NCBI GenBank assembly: GCA_030167145.1 | Contig: CP126532.1 | Span: 2,610,001-2,642,000, forward strand | Direction of reading: 5' to 3' | Source: Ktedonobacterales bacterium | Lineage (GTDB): Bacteria; Chloroflexota; Ktedonobacteria; Ktedonobacterales; JADMIN01 | Length of the DNA stretch: 32,000 nt | Shown here: positions 1 to 7,142 of the stretch, piece after piece | How the letters are laid out: each line of letters opens with the position of its first letter | Numbering within the stretch: position 1 is the first letter of the stretch | Notes under the pieces: model-generated | Told to the model about the DNA's origin: nothing | Database searches by the model: none | The model's input: only the letters and a program-made list of their open reading frames with translations | Position numbers and translations under genes: made by a program

Positions 1-162
1 CTCCAGTTCCCTATCGAGACCAACCATGCCCATAGCTTCTGGGGGCTGACCGCGCGGCTCTACACCAAACTGGCCGCCCATACCCTCTGTCTCTGGCTCA
101 ATCGCCTGCTCGGGGTGGCTGAGGTCTTACATCTCAAGACGCTCGCCTTCCCCAACATCTAG
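1..162 (+). CDS. 3' end of an IS982-family DDE transposase gene (5' part outside the window)
   Basis: Frame 1 is open from base 1 to TAG at 160-162. It translates to LQFPIETNHAHSFWGLTARLYTKLAAHTLCLWLNRLLGVAEVLHLKTLAFPNI. The N-H-A-x-S-F-x-G-L-x-x-R-L-x-x-K-L-A-A-H-T-x-x-x-W-L-N tail matches the conserved C-terminus I recognise from IS982-type transposases. Too short for the supplied ORF track. Confidence 0.6.
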   Translation, partial: LQFPIETNHAHSFWGLTARLYTKLAAHTLCLWLNRLLGVAEVLHLKTLAFPNI

Positions 163-220
163 CACAACTCCCAACTTAATCGGGTAATGGTAGACTGACC
201 TCCAAAAAGGAGGTGTGCAG

Positions 221-529
221 ATGCGTCAACGTCGCTTGGCCCTGACAGCGGGGCAACGTCGCGAGTTAGTACAGATGCGTGACCGTGATCGTCGCGCCTA
301 TTTGCGGGAACGGGCCGCCGCGCTGCTCAAAATCGCGGAGGGCCGCTCGGTACGAGCGGTCGCCCTCCGCGGGCTGCACCGCCGCCGCAAGCCTGACACG
401 GTCTATGGCTGGCTCAATGCCTACCTGACCGGTGGCGTGGCGGCGCTGGTGCAGCGTGCGCGCGGCCACCGGGGTTTTTCCCCCTCAGCAGGGGCGCGAA
501 TTGCTCCAGGTGCTGCACCAAGCGCCTGA
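221..529 (+). CDS. IS630-family transposase, N-terminal HTH part (orfA)
   Basis: SD AAGGAGG (207-213) lies 7 nt before ATG 221; the track ORF opens at GTG 215. The Arg-rich helix-turn-helix-like N-terminus (RSVRAVALRGLH, VYGWLNAYLTGG) is typical of IS630/Tc1-mariner transposases. The frame must shift +1 near the G4T5C5 run (471-484) to continue into the DDE ORF. Confidence 0.7.
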   Translation: MRQRRLALTAGQRRELVQMRDRDRRAYLRERAAALLKIAEGRSVRAVALRGLHRRRKPDTVYGWLNAYLTGGVAALVQRARGHRGFSPSAGARIAPGAAPSA

Positions 530-1271
530 ACGCTTTGCCGTGGCGCGTGCGCGCTGGCGGTTGGTGGACTTGCGGCAGGTGCTTCCCTGGTTAGCGCACT
601 ACACCTTAGCCGGGATCTGGCGCGCCTTGCGGCGGCTGGGGGGTCGCACCAAACGCGGACGGCTCAGTGTCCACAGTCCCGATCCGCACTACGCTGAGAA
701 GTGCTTTGCCATTGAGCAGGTCTGTGCGCTGGCCCAGCAGCAGCCGCAGCGGGTGCGGGTGTTCTACGGCGACGAATTCAGCCTGTATCGCCAGCCGAGC
801 CTGGCGGCGCGCTTTGCGCCGCGTGGGCACCGGCCCAAGGCGCGGCTCGCACCCCGCGCCACCACCCGCTACCGCGTCAGTGGGGCGCTGGATGTCGTCA
901 GTGGCCAGGTGCACTACACCACCGGCGCCAAGATGGGGGTCAAGGGCCTCTGCGCCTTCCTGGCGCAGTTGCGCGCCCGCTCCCCCCACCACCGGCTGGT
1001 CCTGATCTGGGACAACTGGCCGGTCCACCAGCACCCCGATGTGCTCGCCCAAGCCGCGGCGTTACACATTCGGCTCCTCTGGCTGCCGACCTATGCGCCT
1101 TGGACCAATCCGATCGAAAAGCTCTGGCGCTGGCTCAAGCAGACGCTGCTGCATCACCACCGTCTCGCCGACCGCTGGGACGACTTGAAAGGCGCGGCGC
1201 TCGCCTTTCTCGACCAGTTCGCCACCGACTCATCGGCGCTCCTGCGCTATGTTGGCCTATTACCCGATTAA
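432..1271 (+). CDS. IS630-family transposase, DDE catalytic part (orfB)
   Basis: 279-aa track ORF. The region LVLIWDNWPVHQH ... LLWLPTYAPWTNPIEKLWRWLK is the catalytic signature of IS630-family DDE transposases. The first ~15 codons overlap orfA and are probably not translated from the annotated ATG. Confidence 0.8.
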   Translation: MAWRRWCSVRAATGVFPPQQGRELLQVLHQAPERFAVARARWRLVDLRQVLPWLAHYTLAGIWRALRRLGGRTKRGRLSVHSPDPHYAEKCFAIEQVCALAQQQPQRVRVFYGDEFSLYRQPSLAARFAPRGHRPKARLAPRATTRYRVSGALDVVSGQVHYTTGAKMGVKGLCAFLAQLRARSPHHRLVLIWDNWPVHQHPDVLAQAAALHIRLLWLPTYAPWTNPIEKLWRWLKQTLLHHHRLADRWDDLKGAALAFLDQFATDSSALLRYVGLLPD

Positions 1272-1503
1272 GTTGTAAAACTGCATTATGGCCGACGCAC
1301 AAGGGTAGTGGCATGAATGCCAGAGTGGCCGATGTAGCCGATATTCCCGGAAGGCAGACAGGAATGTTTGCCCTATGAGGGCAGTGGCCGGAGTGGCCGA
1401 TTTTTGACTTGGCGGGATGGATATGGCCGAAATGGCCGATTTTGCAATACGTGCATGATGCAGTTGCCGGAGTTGCCAGCGAGACGCTGGCGCTCCATGC
1501 GCG

Positions 1504-1566
1504 AGTGGCCGAAATGGCCGAAATGGCCGAAATGGCCGATGTGGCTGATTTGGCTGATTTGGTTGA
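1504..1566. repeat. Tandem 9-bp repeat array, 7 units (core TGGCCGA decaying to TGGTTGA)
   Basis: Read directly: AGTGGCCGA, AATGGCCGA x3, TGTGGCTGA, TTTGGCTGA, TTTGGTTGA, contiguous and head to tail. Further same-orientation copies are scattered across 1287-1479. Confidence 0.9.
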
Positions 1567-1732
1567 TGGTGCATGGGTGTGGGCATGTGGGCGTTCCTTG
1601 CGCGGGAGTGGGGGAGACATGGGGCGCTGGGGTAGTGTAGCATGCGAGGTGGGGAAGCGGAGGGGGTGAGGGCGGTCGAATGCGGTCAGATGTGGACGCG
1701 AGGATATGGGAGGCGGACGGGGAGTGAGGTAG

Positions 1733-2077
1733 TTACCACCGGCCATAGAGCAACTGATCGCGCATCTCTTCGGGGGTTGTGGTCAGTGCCAGCAGTTCGA
1801 GATACTCAACGCACGCTCCGATACTGAGTTGTACGGGAAAATAGACGATGCCCGCATGGGGGCGCTGGTTGAGACTGTGCTGGACAAAGTCGCTATCTTC
1901 GGTCACCAAGACACGCGCGCCTTCTGTGGCAAAGCGTAGCTGGGCCTCGTCTGGATATTTCTGGTTCGCCCGGCCAGCTTCGACAGTGGTGAGCACATCA
2001 ATGCCGCGCGCCCGCAATTGTTCGGCGATGGCTGGACGCATGTGCTCATCGAAGTAGTAACGTAGGGGATCAGCCAT
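1733..2077 (-). CDS. DUF5615 family PIN-like putative toxin
   Basis: Track ORF 1733..2233 trimmed to ATG at 2077 (MADPLRYYFDEHM...), 114 aa. The sequence YFDEH...LRARGIDV...DEAQL...VLVTEDSDF matches the DUF5615/Mut7-C-like family that pairs with DUF433. The start overlaps the upstream gene stop by 8 nt. Confidence 0.8.
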   Translation of the reverse strand: MADPLRYYFDEHMRPAIAEQLRARGIDVLTTVEAGRANQKYPDEAQLRFATEGARVLVTEDSDFVQHSLNQRPHAGIVYFPVQLSIGACVEYLELLALTTTPEEMRDQLLYGRW

Positions 2078-2405
2078 GCGTCTGCGACTGTTTGCGCGCA
2101 GCGATGGCGGCGCGCATGCGTTGAGCGATGGACGAGGTGTCGGCGTCGGCTCGTGCGGCATGCTCCGCTGCTTCTGCCGCCAACTCGCGGTCAATCTCGT
2201 CCTGGTGATCGTAATAGTAGGCGAGCGCGGCATGCACTTCGGCGGGGGTCAAGGCATATTCTTGAGCCAAGCTTTCGGCTGATACGCCCTGGAGGTACCA
2301 CCAGGCGATATGATGCACGGCGATGCGGTGGCCCTGGACGTGGGGTTTGCCACCAAGCACGCCGTCTTCACGTACAATGTACTTGATGCCAGTTTCTACC
2401 GTCAT
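2070..2405 (-). CDS. DUF433 domain putative antitoxin
   Basis: Track ORF 2070..2501 trimmed to ATG at 2405 (MTVETGIKYIVREDGVLGGKPHVQGHRIAVHHIAWWY...), 111 aa. The motif GGKP.v.G.RI.V..I is the DUF433 signature. SD-like GGGGA precedes the ATG. The 8-nt overlap with the DUF5615 gene indicates an operon. Confidence 0.8.
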   Translation of the reverse strand: MTVETGIKYIVREDGVLGGKPHVQGHRIAVHHIAWWYLQGVSAESLAQEYALTPAEVHAALAYYYDHQDEIDRELAAEAAEHAARADADTSSIAQRMRAAIAARKQSQTHG

Positions 2406-2432
2406 ATTTCTATCCCCTTGCCTTGCGGGAAG

Positions 2433-2493
2433 GCATGTGCGCGCCTCAGATGCCATGCTGTAGCGTATCACATGGCGGCGCGGGGGCGGACAC
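2433..2493 (-). repeat. Copy A of a ~60-bp intergenic element shared with 29997-30059
   Basis: Core 2455-2493 matches 30021-30059 at 36 of 39 positions, including a 28-nt perfect block GTAGCGTATCACATGGCGGCGCGGGGGC. The flank GCATGTGCGC (2433-2442) is also shared (29997-30006). Lies 28-88 bp upstream of the DUF433 start on the minus strand. Confidence 0.85.
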
Positions 2494-2545
2494 CTGCCCA
2501 ATCGCTCTCGTCGGCGGCGGTGTCTTCGTCGCCACGGCGCGCAGA

Positions 2546-3613
2546 TCAGCTCAGCCGCCCAATCTTGCCATCGCCAAATTCAGTGAACCAGAGAGCGCCG
2601 TCCGGCCCAGTGGTGATGCCAAAGGGGCCGCTCTTGGCCGGAAGGGGGAATTCGGTGATGCTGCCGTCCGTGGTAATGCGCCCGATCTTGTCGTCGGCTA
2701 ATTCAGTGAACCAGAGAGCGCCGTCCGGCCCAACGGTAATGCTTACTGGGTGGCTAGAGAGCCTGGAACCGCTGCTGCCAGTTGGGACTGAATACTCAGC
2801 GATAGCGCCCGCCGTGGTAATGCGCCCAATCTTGTTGCCATATTCCTCAGTGAACCAGAGGGCACCGTCTGGTCCGTTGACAATGAGTTGAGGGAAGCTA
2901 TAGGCCTGTGGAAGAGGAAACTCGGTGACGACGCCCGCTGTGGTAATGCGCCCAATCTTGTTGCCACCGACATCGTCAACGTTACCGCGCTCAGCGAACC
3001 AGAGGGCGCCGTCTGGTCCTGCGGTGATACCAGAAGGCGCACTGTTGGTCTGTGGAAGGCGGAACTCGGTGATGGCACCTGTTGTGGTAATTCGGCCGAT
3101 CTTGTTGGTTCCTACGTCGGTGAACCAGAGAGCGCCATCTGGACCAGTGGTGATCACAGTGGGGAAGCTATTCGCCGGAACGGGGAACTCGGTGATGGCG
3201 CCAGACGTGGTCATGCGCAAAAGCGTGCCGTCACCGTCTATGCACCAGAGAGCGCCGTCTGGCCCCGCCGTGATAGATTCTGGCCCGACCGAAGTGTATG
3301 GAAGGGCGAATTCAGTGATAGTGCCATCTGTGGTGATACGCCCGATCTTTTCGCCGTCGGCCTCAGCAAACCAAAGGGCACCATCTGGCCCCACCGTGAT
3401 GCCAGCAGGTCTGCTATCGCTCTGCCGAAGGGGGAACTCGGCGATGCTGCCTTGGATGGCGTGTGGTGAGGGCGTTCTGGGGGCTGGGGTGGACACGGAA
3501 GCGACGAGTGATGGAGCGCAACCAGCCAGCGCGGCGGCAAGCAGCGCAAACAACACACTTACATGGCTTGCACGCTGAATTCGAGATTGGATGCGTATCC
3601 ATATTTGACTCAT
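2546..3613 (-). CDS. Exported lipoprotein with 7-bladed Vgb (virginiamycin B lyase)-like / NHL-like beta-propeller repeats
   Basis: Track ORF trimmed to ATG 3613, which has SD GGGAGGTGG upstream. Signal peptide with lipobox LAGC (SVLFALLAAALAGCAP). Seven repeats of GPDGALWF(T/A)E...NKIGRITT.G.ITEF.LP. Confidence 0.8.
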   Translation of the reverse strand: MSQIWIRIQSRIQRASHVSVLFALLAAALAGCAPSLVASVSTPAPRTPSPHAIQGSIAEFPLRQSDSRPAGITVGPDGALWFAEADGEKIGRITTDGTITEFALPYTSVGPESITAGPDGALWCIDGDGTLLRMTTSGAITEFPVPANSFPTVITTGPDGALWFTDVGTNKIGRITTTGAITEFRLPQTNSAPSGITAGPDGALWFAERGNVDDVGGNKIGRITTAGVVTEFPLPQAYSFPQLIVNGPDGALWFTEEYGNKIGRITTAGAIAEYSVPTGSSGSRLSSHPVSITVGPDGALWFTELADDKIGRITTDGSITEFPLPAKSGPFGITTGPDGALWFTEFGDGKIGRLS

Positions 3614-3710
3614 AGCTCGCCACCTCCCATTTGCTGCGCCAGCGACACGCCTACTTGGCACGTGTTGCTGGCAGAATAGCAGGTGCGAGCGCGAATCGCA
3701 AGGGTTGCTG

Positions 3711-4661
3711 CTATTCTTTCACGTCGCGCTTCCAGGTGAGGACCAGCATGAGTGCGAGGAAGGCGGCGGACCAGAGGGCGGTGACGAGCAGGGTGTGCGC
3801 GCCGTCTACGGGCACAAGCGGCGGGGTGAACCGGCTGATGCGCGGGAGGCCAGGTCGCACGGGCAGAATGGCTTGGGCCATAATGTTGAGGTTGGGGCCA
3901 AGCAGGTCGCCAGTGGCGAAGGTCCAGAAGTCGCTGCCGGTGAGGCTGTGGGCGAGCAGGAAGAAGACGATGCCGATGTTGTCGGCGGCGAAGAAGCTTA
4001 GCCCGACGCTCATGCCAACGGCTAGCGAGCGGCCCATGACGGTGACGGCGGCGGCCATGAGGATGGTGACGGCCATGCTGATGGCGATGGTGACGACGTA
4101 GAGGCCCATGTCGCTCCAAAAGCCGCTGTTGAGCGACTTGAGCAGATCGAAGCTGCCGCTGACGCCTTTGAGGGTGATGAGGGCCAGAGCGATGTTGAGC
4201 AGCATACCGTAGACGAGCAGCAGCGTGGCGAGTATGCCGATGGTGAGTAGCTTTGCGGCGAGGAGTTGCAGGCGTCCGACGCCGCGGCCCAGCAGCACGC
4301 GAATCGTGCCGCCGGAGTATTCCATGCCGATCAGGCGGGCCGTCAGCACGACGAGCAGCGGCCCAACCAAGATGCGGAAGAGCATCAAGTTGCCATCTGC
4401 CTGCTGATAGGCGACGTAGAGCGGTTTGTGCTGGATGAAGGGTTTGAGGCCGGCGACGGTGAAATCGAGCAGGTAGGGCAGGCAGATGATGCCAGTGAAC
4501 AGCACGAGGAGTATCCGCATGCTCCACAGACGCCAGACCTTCAGGAATTCGCCGCGCACGATGCCCCAAAAGCGGGGCCGCGCTGGTGCGGAGGTGGCGG
4601 AAGAGGCGACCGCTGGCACGGTGGTCGTGGTGGCGGTGGTAGTGCTGGTAGTGGTGGTCAT
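3711..4661 (-). CDS. ABC-2 type transporter permease (no ATPase gene adjacent)
   Basis: Track ORF trimmed to ATG 4661 (MTTTTSTTTATTTT...), 316 aa. Multiple hydrophobic spans and the EYSGGTIRVLL motif typical of ABC-2 family permeases. GAGGAG lies 13 nt upstream of the ATG. Confidence 0.7.
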   Translation of the reverse strand: MTTTTSTTTATTTTVPAVASSATSAPARPRFWGIVRGEFLKVWRLWSMRILLVLFTGIICLPYLLDFTVAGLKPFIQHKPLYVAYQQADGNLMLFRILVGPLLVVLTARLIGMEYSGGTIRVLLGRGVGRLQLLAAKLLTIGILATLLLVYGMLLNIALALITLKGVSGSFDLLKSLNSGFWSDMGLYVVTIAISMAVTILMAAAVTVMGRSLAVGMSVGLSFFAADNIGIVFFLLAHSLTGSDFWTFATGDLLGPNLNIMAQAILPVRPGLPRISRFTPPLVPVDGAHTLLVTALWSAAFLALMLVLTWKRDVKE

Positions 4662-4902
4662 GTGGGTATGGGTTCTCCTCTGGCGTGCGATCCGAAAGGA
4701 ATGGGTGCGCTTGTGTGGCGCGGGTGTGTCTCTCAGGATAGCAGAGCGGGGCAATGTGTCCAGCGGATGATTGTCGCAACGTTGTCGCACTTCAGTTATG
4801 AGGTAGTGGCGCATGGCGTGTCACAATCGTGGGGGGTCGCGGCATGTATTGAGTGAGGGCAGTGGATGCACGCATGTGATGGTGGGATGAAGGGAGCGCA
4901 GA

Positions 4903-5481
4903 GTGGGTAGAGGGTCATCGCCCGATCCCGCGCTGGCGGCCCGATTCACCGTTGTGCTGAATCAGACGCAGGTGGCGCTCTTTTCGTTCGCGCGGGGGCT
5001 GGTGGGCGAGCCGGAGCTGGCCCGCGATATCACCCAGGATGCCTTTATGGACGCCTGGCGCGCGGCGACCCAGCATGAGCGTCCGTTTGATGGCGCGAAC
5101 GATGAGACGGGCATCCGTCGGTGGCTCTTTACCGTTACCTATCGGCACGCGGCAAAGGCGCTGCGCCGCCGGGGGCTGATCGCCTGGGAATCGCTGGACG
5201 CGGAGCGGCCGCACGAGTCCGGCGCGCTGGCTGAGACGCCGCGCTTCGAGGATCAGATTGCTGAAGCTGAGGCGCTGCGTGCGGCGCTGCTGACGCTGGG
5301 GCCGCAGGATGCCGCGTGCTTTCTGCTGCAAGTGGCCTACGGCTTCAGCACCGCTGAGATTGCTGCTATCGTTGACTTGCACCCCGACGCTGTACGCAAG
5401 CGGCTCTCGCGCGCCAAGCAGCGGCTGCGCGCCGCCTATTGCGAGCAATCGCCCGGCACGTGCGCGGGGAGACGCTCATGA
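4903..5481 (+). CDS. ECF-type RNA polymerase sigma factor (sigma-70 family)
   Basis: Region 2-like DITQDAFMDAWR and RRWLFTVTYRHA. Region 4 HTH FSTAEIAAIVDLHPDAVRKRLSRAKQRLR. GTG start with SD GAAGGGAG 6 nt upstream. Confidence 0.85.
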   Translation: MGRGSSPDPALAARFTVVLNQTQVALFSFARGLVGEPELARDITQDAFMDAWRAATQHERPFDGANDETGIRRWLFTVTYRHAAKALRRRGLIAWESLDAERPHESGALAETPRFEDQIAEAEALRAALLTLGPQDAACFLLQVAYGFSTAEIAAIVDLHPDAVRKRLSRAKQRLRAAYCEQSPGTCAGRRS

Positions 5482-6956
5482 ATAGCCATACACCACCGAC
5501 GCCGACGCCGCAGTGCGCGGCCTTCGATGCGCTCTTGCCCTTGCTGAATACCGATGCGCTTTCCGCTGGGGAGGCTGCCGCGACCCGCGAACATGTGGCC
5601 GGGTGCGCCTGGTGCCGCGCGCAACTCGACGCCTACGAGGCGCTCGAAGCTGCCACGCGCCGCCACTACGGACCTGACGCTGGACTCGATGCGCGCAGGC
5701 TCAAGGCTGTCCCCCGGTTTACGTTGGAGGACATCATGTCTGCTTCCGAACGCGAAGAGACCGGCAGTGAGACTACTGCTTCCGCATCTGCTGATGTGCC
5801 GCTCTCGCCGCTGCGTCGTGCGCCGGGACGCCTGACGGCGCTGGGGGCGGTGGCGGCGGTGCTGCTGATTACGTTGCTGACGGGGCTGATCTATATACGT
5901 GGCGGGGCGCTGCGGACCGGTGGCACGCCCGCGCCGACGCCGGGGCATGGCGGAAATCAGATTGCCTTCGTGCAGACCGTGCCCTGGGGCACGCTGACCG
6001 TCAATGGGCATGCCGTGGCCACGCCGGGCGACCTGGGCAAGCCGATCACGCTGCCGCTGGGACGCGCGACGCTGACCTATACGGCGGCGCCCTTCGAGCC
6101 GCTGACCTGCACGATCAGCGTGCCAGCGGCGAGTTCGGATACGTGCCCGCTGCAAGCCATCACGAAGACAATCACGACCTATCCTGACTCCAGGCCATCG
6201 GTCGAGTGGCCGCCCTATGCCGATGGAGTGCGGGTGATCGCGCTGGGGGCCGCGCCGAATCTGTTGCCGAAGGCGCAGTTCGATGCACTGGTCGCTGCGA
6301 CGCAGAGCAAACTGGATGCGCTTGCATCTACGGCTGAGGTGGAACCCGGAGACCACTATCTGGGCAGCGATGGCAAAGCGCATGTGGCGACCGCGCCGTT
6401 TCCCGCGACGCTGACCTTTCAGACGCCGAGCGAGAGCATGAACGTCCATTCCACTATTGTGGAGGTGTGCAAGCCCTTCTGCACCCCGATAAATTTCATT
6501 GCCCATAATGGGCCAAGTATACCCTGGGATGCGGGTTCGGGCTGGCAACTGGTATTCCTCCCAACGGCACAATGGCAATACACGCCGCCCGGCAGCCAGG
6601 AGGTAGTTGTACATGAGCACCCGGACTTTGCCAACCAGAACGACCTCGCGGTGAATTGGGTGCATGGATCGTGGCAGGTCACGCTGGTTCCGGGGAAGGT
6701 CGTGCCCCAGACACTCTGCCTGACGGTGCAAGTGTATTTGATGAACGCTTCATTACAGGAGGGTTTTGACTGTCGAGCAGTCGCTTCGCCTCCGGCTGAA
6801 GGCTTTGTGGTGAAGCTGAGCGAGAGTGGCGGACTGGGATTCTACCATTTCGGGGTGTTGGTGGCGGTGAATGGCGAGGCGCACAAGCTGTATCCGGCGC
6901 TGCCGCTGGCGAGCGCGCATGAGGCGGCGTTGGCGCACCAGCTCGCGGGTTCGTAG
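5478..6956 (+). CDS. Anti-sigma factor (zf-HC2 type) with one TM segment and a large extracytoplasmic domain
   Basis: ATG 5478 overlaps the sigma stop as ATGA (5478-5481). N-terminal HVAGCAWC fits the H-x3-C-x2-C zinc-binding anti-sigma motif. TM segment LTALGAVAAVLLITLLTGLIYI. The following ~330 aa belong to no family I recognise. Confidence 0.75.
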   Translation: MNSHTPPTPTPQCAAFDALLPLLNTDALSAGEAAATREHVAGCAWCRAQLDAYEALEAATRRHYGPDAGLDARRLKAVPRFTLEDIMSASEREETGSETTASASADVPLSPLRRAPGRLTALGAVAAVLLITLLTGLIYIRGGALRTGGTPAPTPGHGGNQIAFVQTVPWGTLTVNGHAVATPGDLGKPITLPLGRATLTYTAAPFEPLTCTISVPAASSDTCPLQAITKTITTYPDSRPSVEWPPYADGVRVIALGAAPNLLPKAQFDALVAATQSKLDALASTAEVEPGDHYLGSDGKAHVATAPFPATLTFQTPSESMNVHSTIVEVCKPFCTPINFIAHNGPSIPWDAGSGWQLVFLPTAQWQYTPPGSQEVVVHEHPDFANQNDLAVNWVHGSWQVTLVPGKVVPQTLCLTVQVYLMNASLQEGFDCRAVASPPAEGFVVKLSESGGLGFYHFGVLVAVNGEAHKLYPALPLASAHEAALAHQLAGS

Positions 6957-6972
6957 GGCGTCGCGTGATGGG

Positions 6973-7016
6973 CCGCATGCCCCAACTGTGCATGTGTGGC
7001 GCGTTGGGGCATGCGG
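6973..7016 (+). terminator. 14-bp perfect stem-loop 17 nt after the anti-sigma stop (terminator-like, no clean T tract)
   Basis: CCGCATGCCCCAAC (6973-6986) pairs perfectly with GTTGGGGCATGCGG (7003-7016) around a 16-nt loop. The downstream sequence is TGTGCGCGTGTGTATT, only partly T-rich. Confidence 0.35.
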
Positions 7017-7030
7017 TGTGCGCGTGTGTA

Positions 7031-7059
7031 TTGACAAACGCTCAGTCCTTGTGTATGCT
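7031..7059 (+). promoter_or_regulatory. Sigma-70-like promoter candidate for the 7143 gene
   Basis: TTGACA (7031-7036), a 17-nt spacer, then TATGCT (7054-7059). Located about 85 nt upstream of ATG 7143. Confidence 0.45.
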
Positions 7060-7142
7060 CCCTTCTCAAACAGGGCGGTTGTCCTGTGATGATCCGAGCG
7101 TGCGGCGCGCAGAGGTGTGCGTCGCGGAAGGGAGCAGTTCTC

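Larger units (their letters stand above)
172..1275 (+). mobile_element. IS630-family insertion sequence (IR to IR)
   Basis: Perfect 17-bp terminal inverted repeats CAACTTAATCGGGTAAT (172-188) and ATTACCCGATTAAGTTG (1259-1275) bracket the two transposase ORFs. The transposase stop codon (1269-1271) lies inside the right IR. A TA dinucleotide abuts the right IR (1276-1277). Confidence 0.8.

Noticed and set aside
159-171. Looked for the TA target-site duplication expected for IS630 insertion (CTAG at 159-162; TA at 1276-1277).
   Set aside because: The left IR is preceded by CC, not TA, and the CTAG lies 10 bp outside the perfect IR. No consistent duplication could be defined by eye, so none is claimed.
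1604-1672. Cluster of G runs on the plus strand (GGG-N3-GGGGG-N6-GGGG-N4-GGGG at 1604-1632, with more runs to 1672), a formal G-quadruplex motif downstream of the TA operon.
   Set aside because: In such GC-rich DNA, G-run clusters are expected by chance. There is no second copy or positional logic to support a function.
1135-1746. Track ORFs running through the 9-bp repeat field (1135..1746 minus, 1409..1669 plus, 1260..1643 minus).
   Set aside because: They are kept open only by the 9-bp (3-codon) periodicity. The products are low complexity (MAEMAEMAEMAD, SAISAISAIS), have no SD, and overlap one another.
2455-2493. Tried to read the shared TA-upstream element as a sigma-70 promoter (TACGCT as -10 on the minus strand).
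   Set aside because: The hexamer 17 nt upstream (TCCGCC / TCTGCC) bears no resemblance to a -35 box. The promoter reading is unsupported, so the element is reported only as a conserved repeat.
3610-4779. Long ORFs antisense or out of frame to real genes (for example 3610..4779, 5436..6731, 6753..7625, 8899..9765, 10451..12004, 26129..27052, 27626..28783).
   Set aside because: Their products are Arg/His/Pro/Gly/Ala-rich with no motifs, the usual GC-rich off-frame artefact. Each overlaps a gene with clear family signatures on the other strand or frame.
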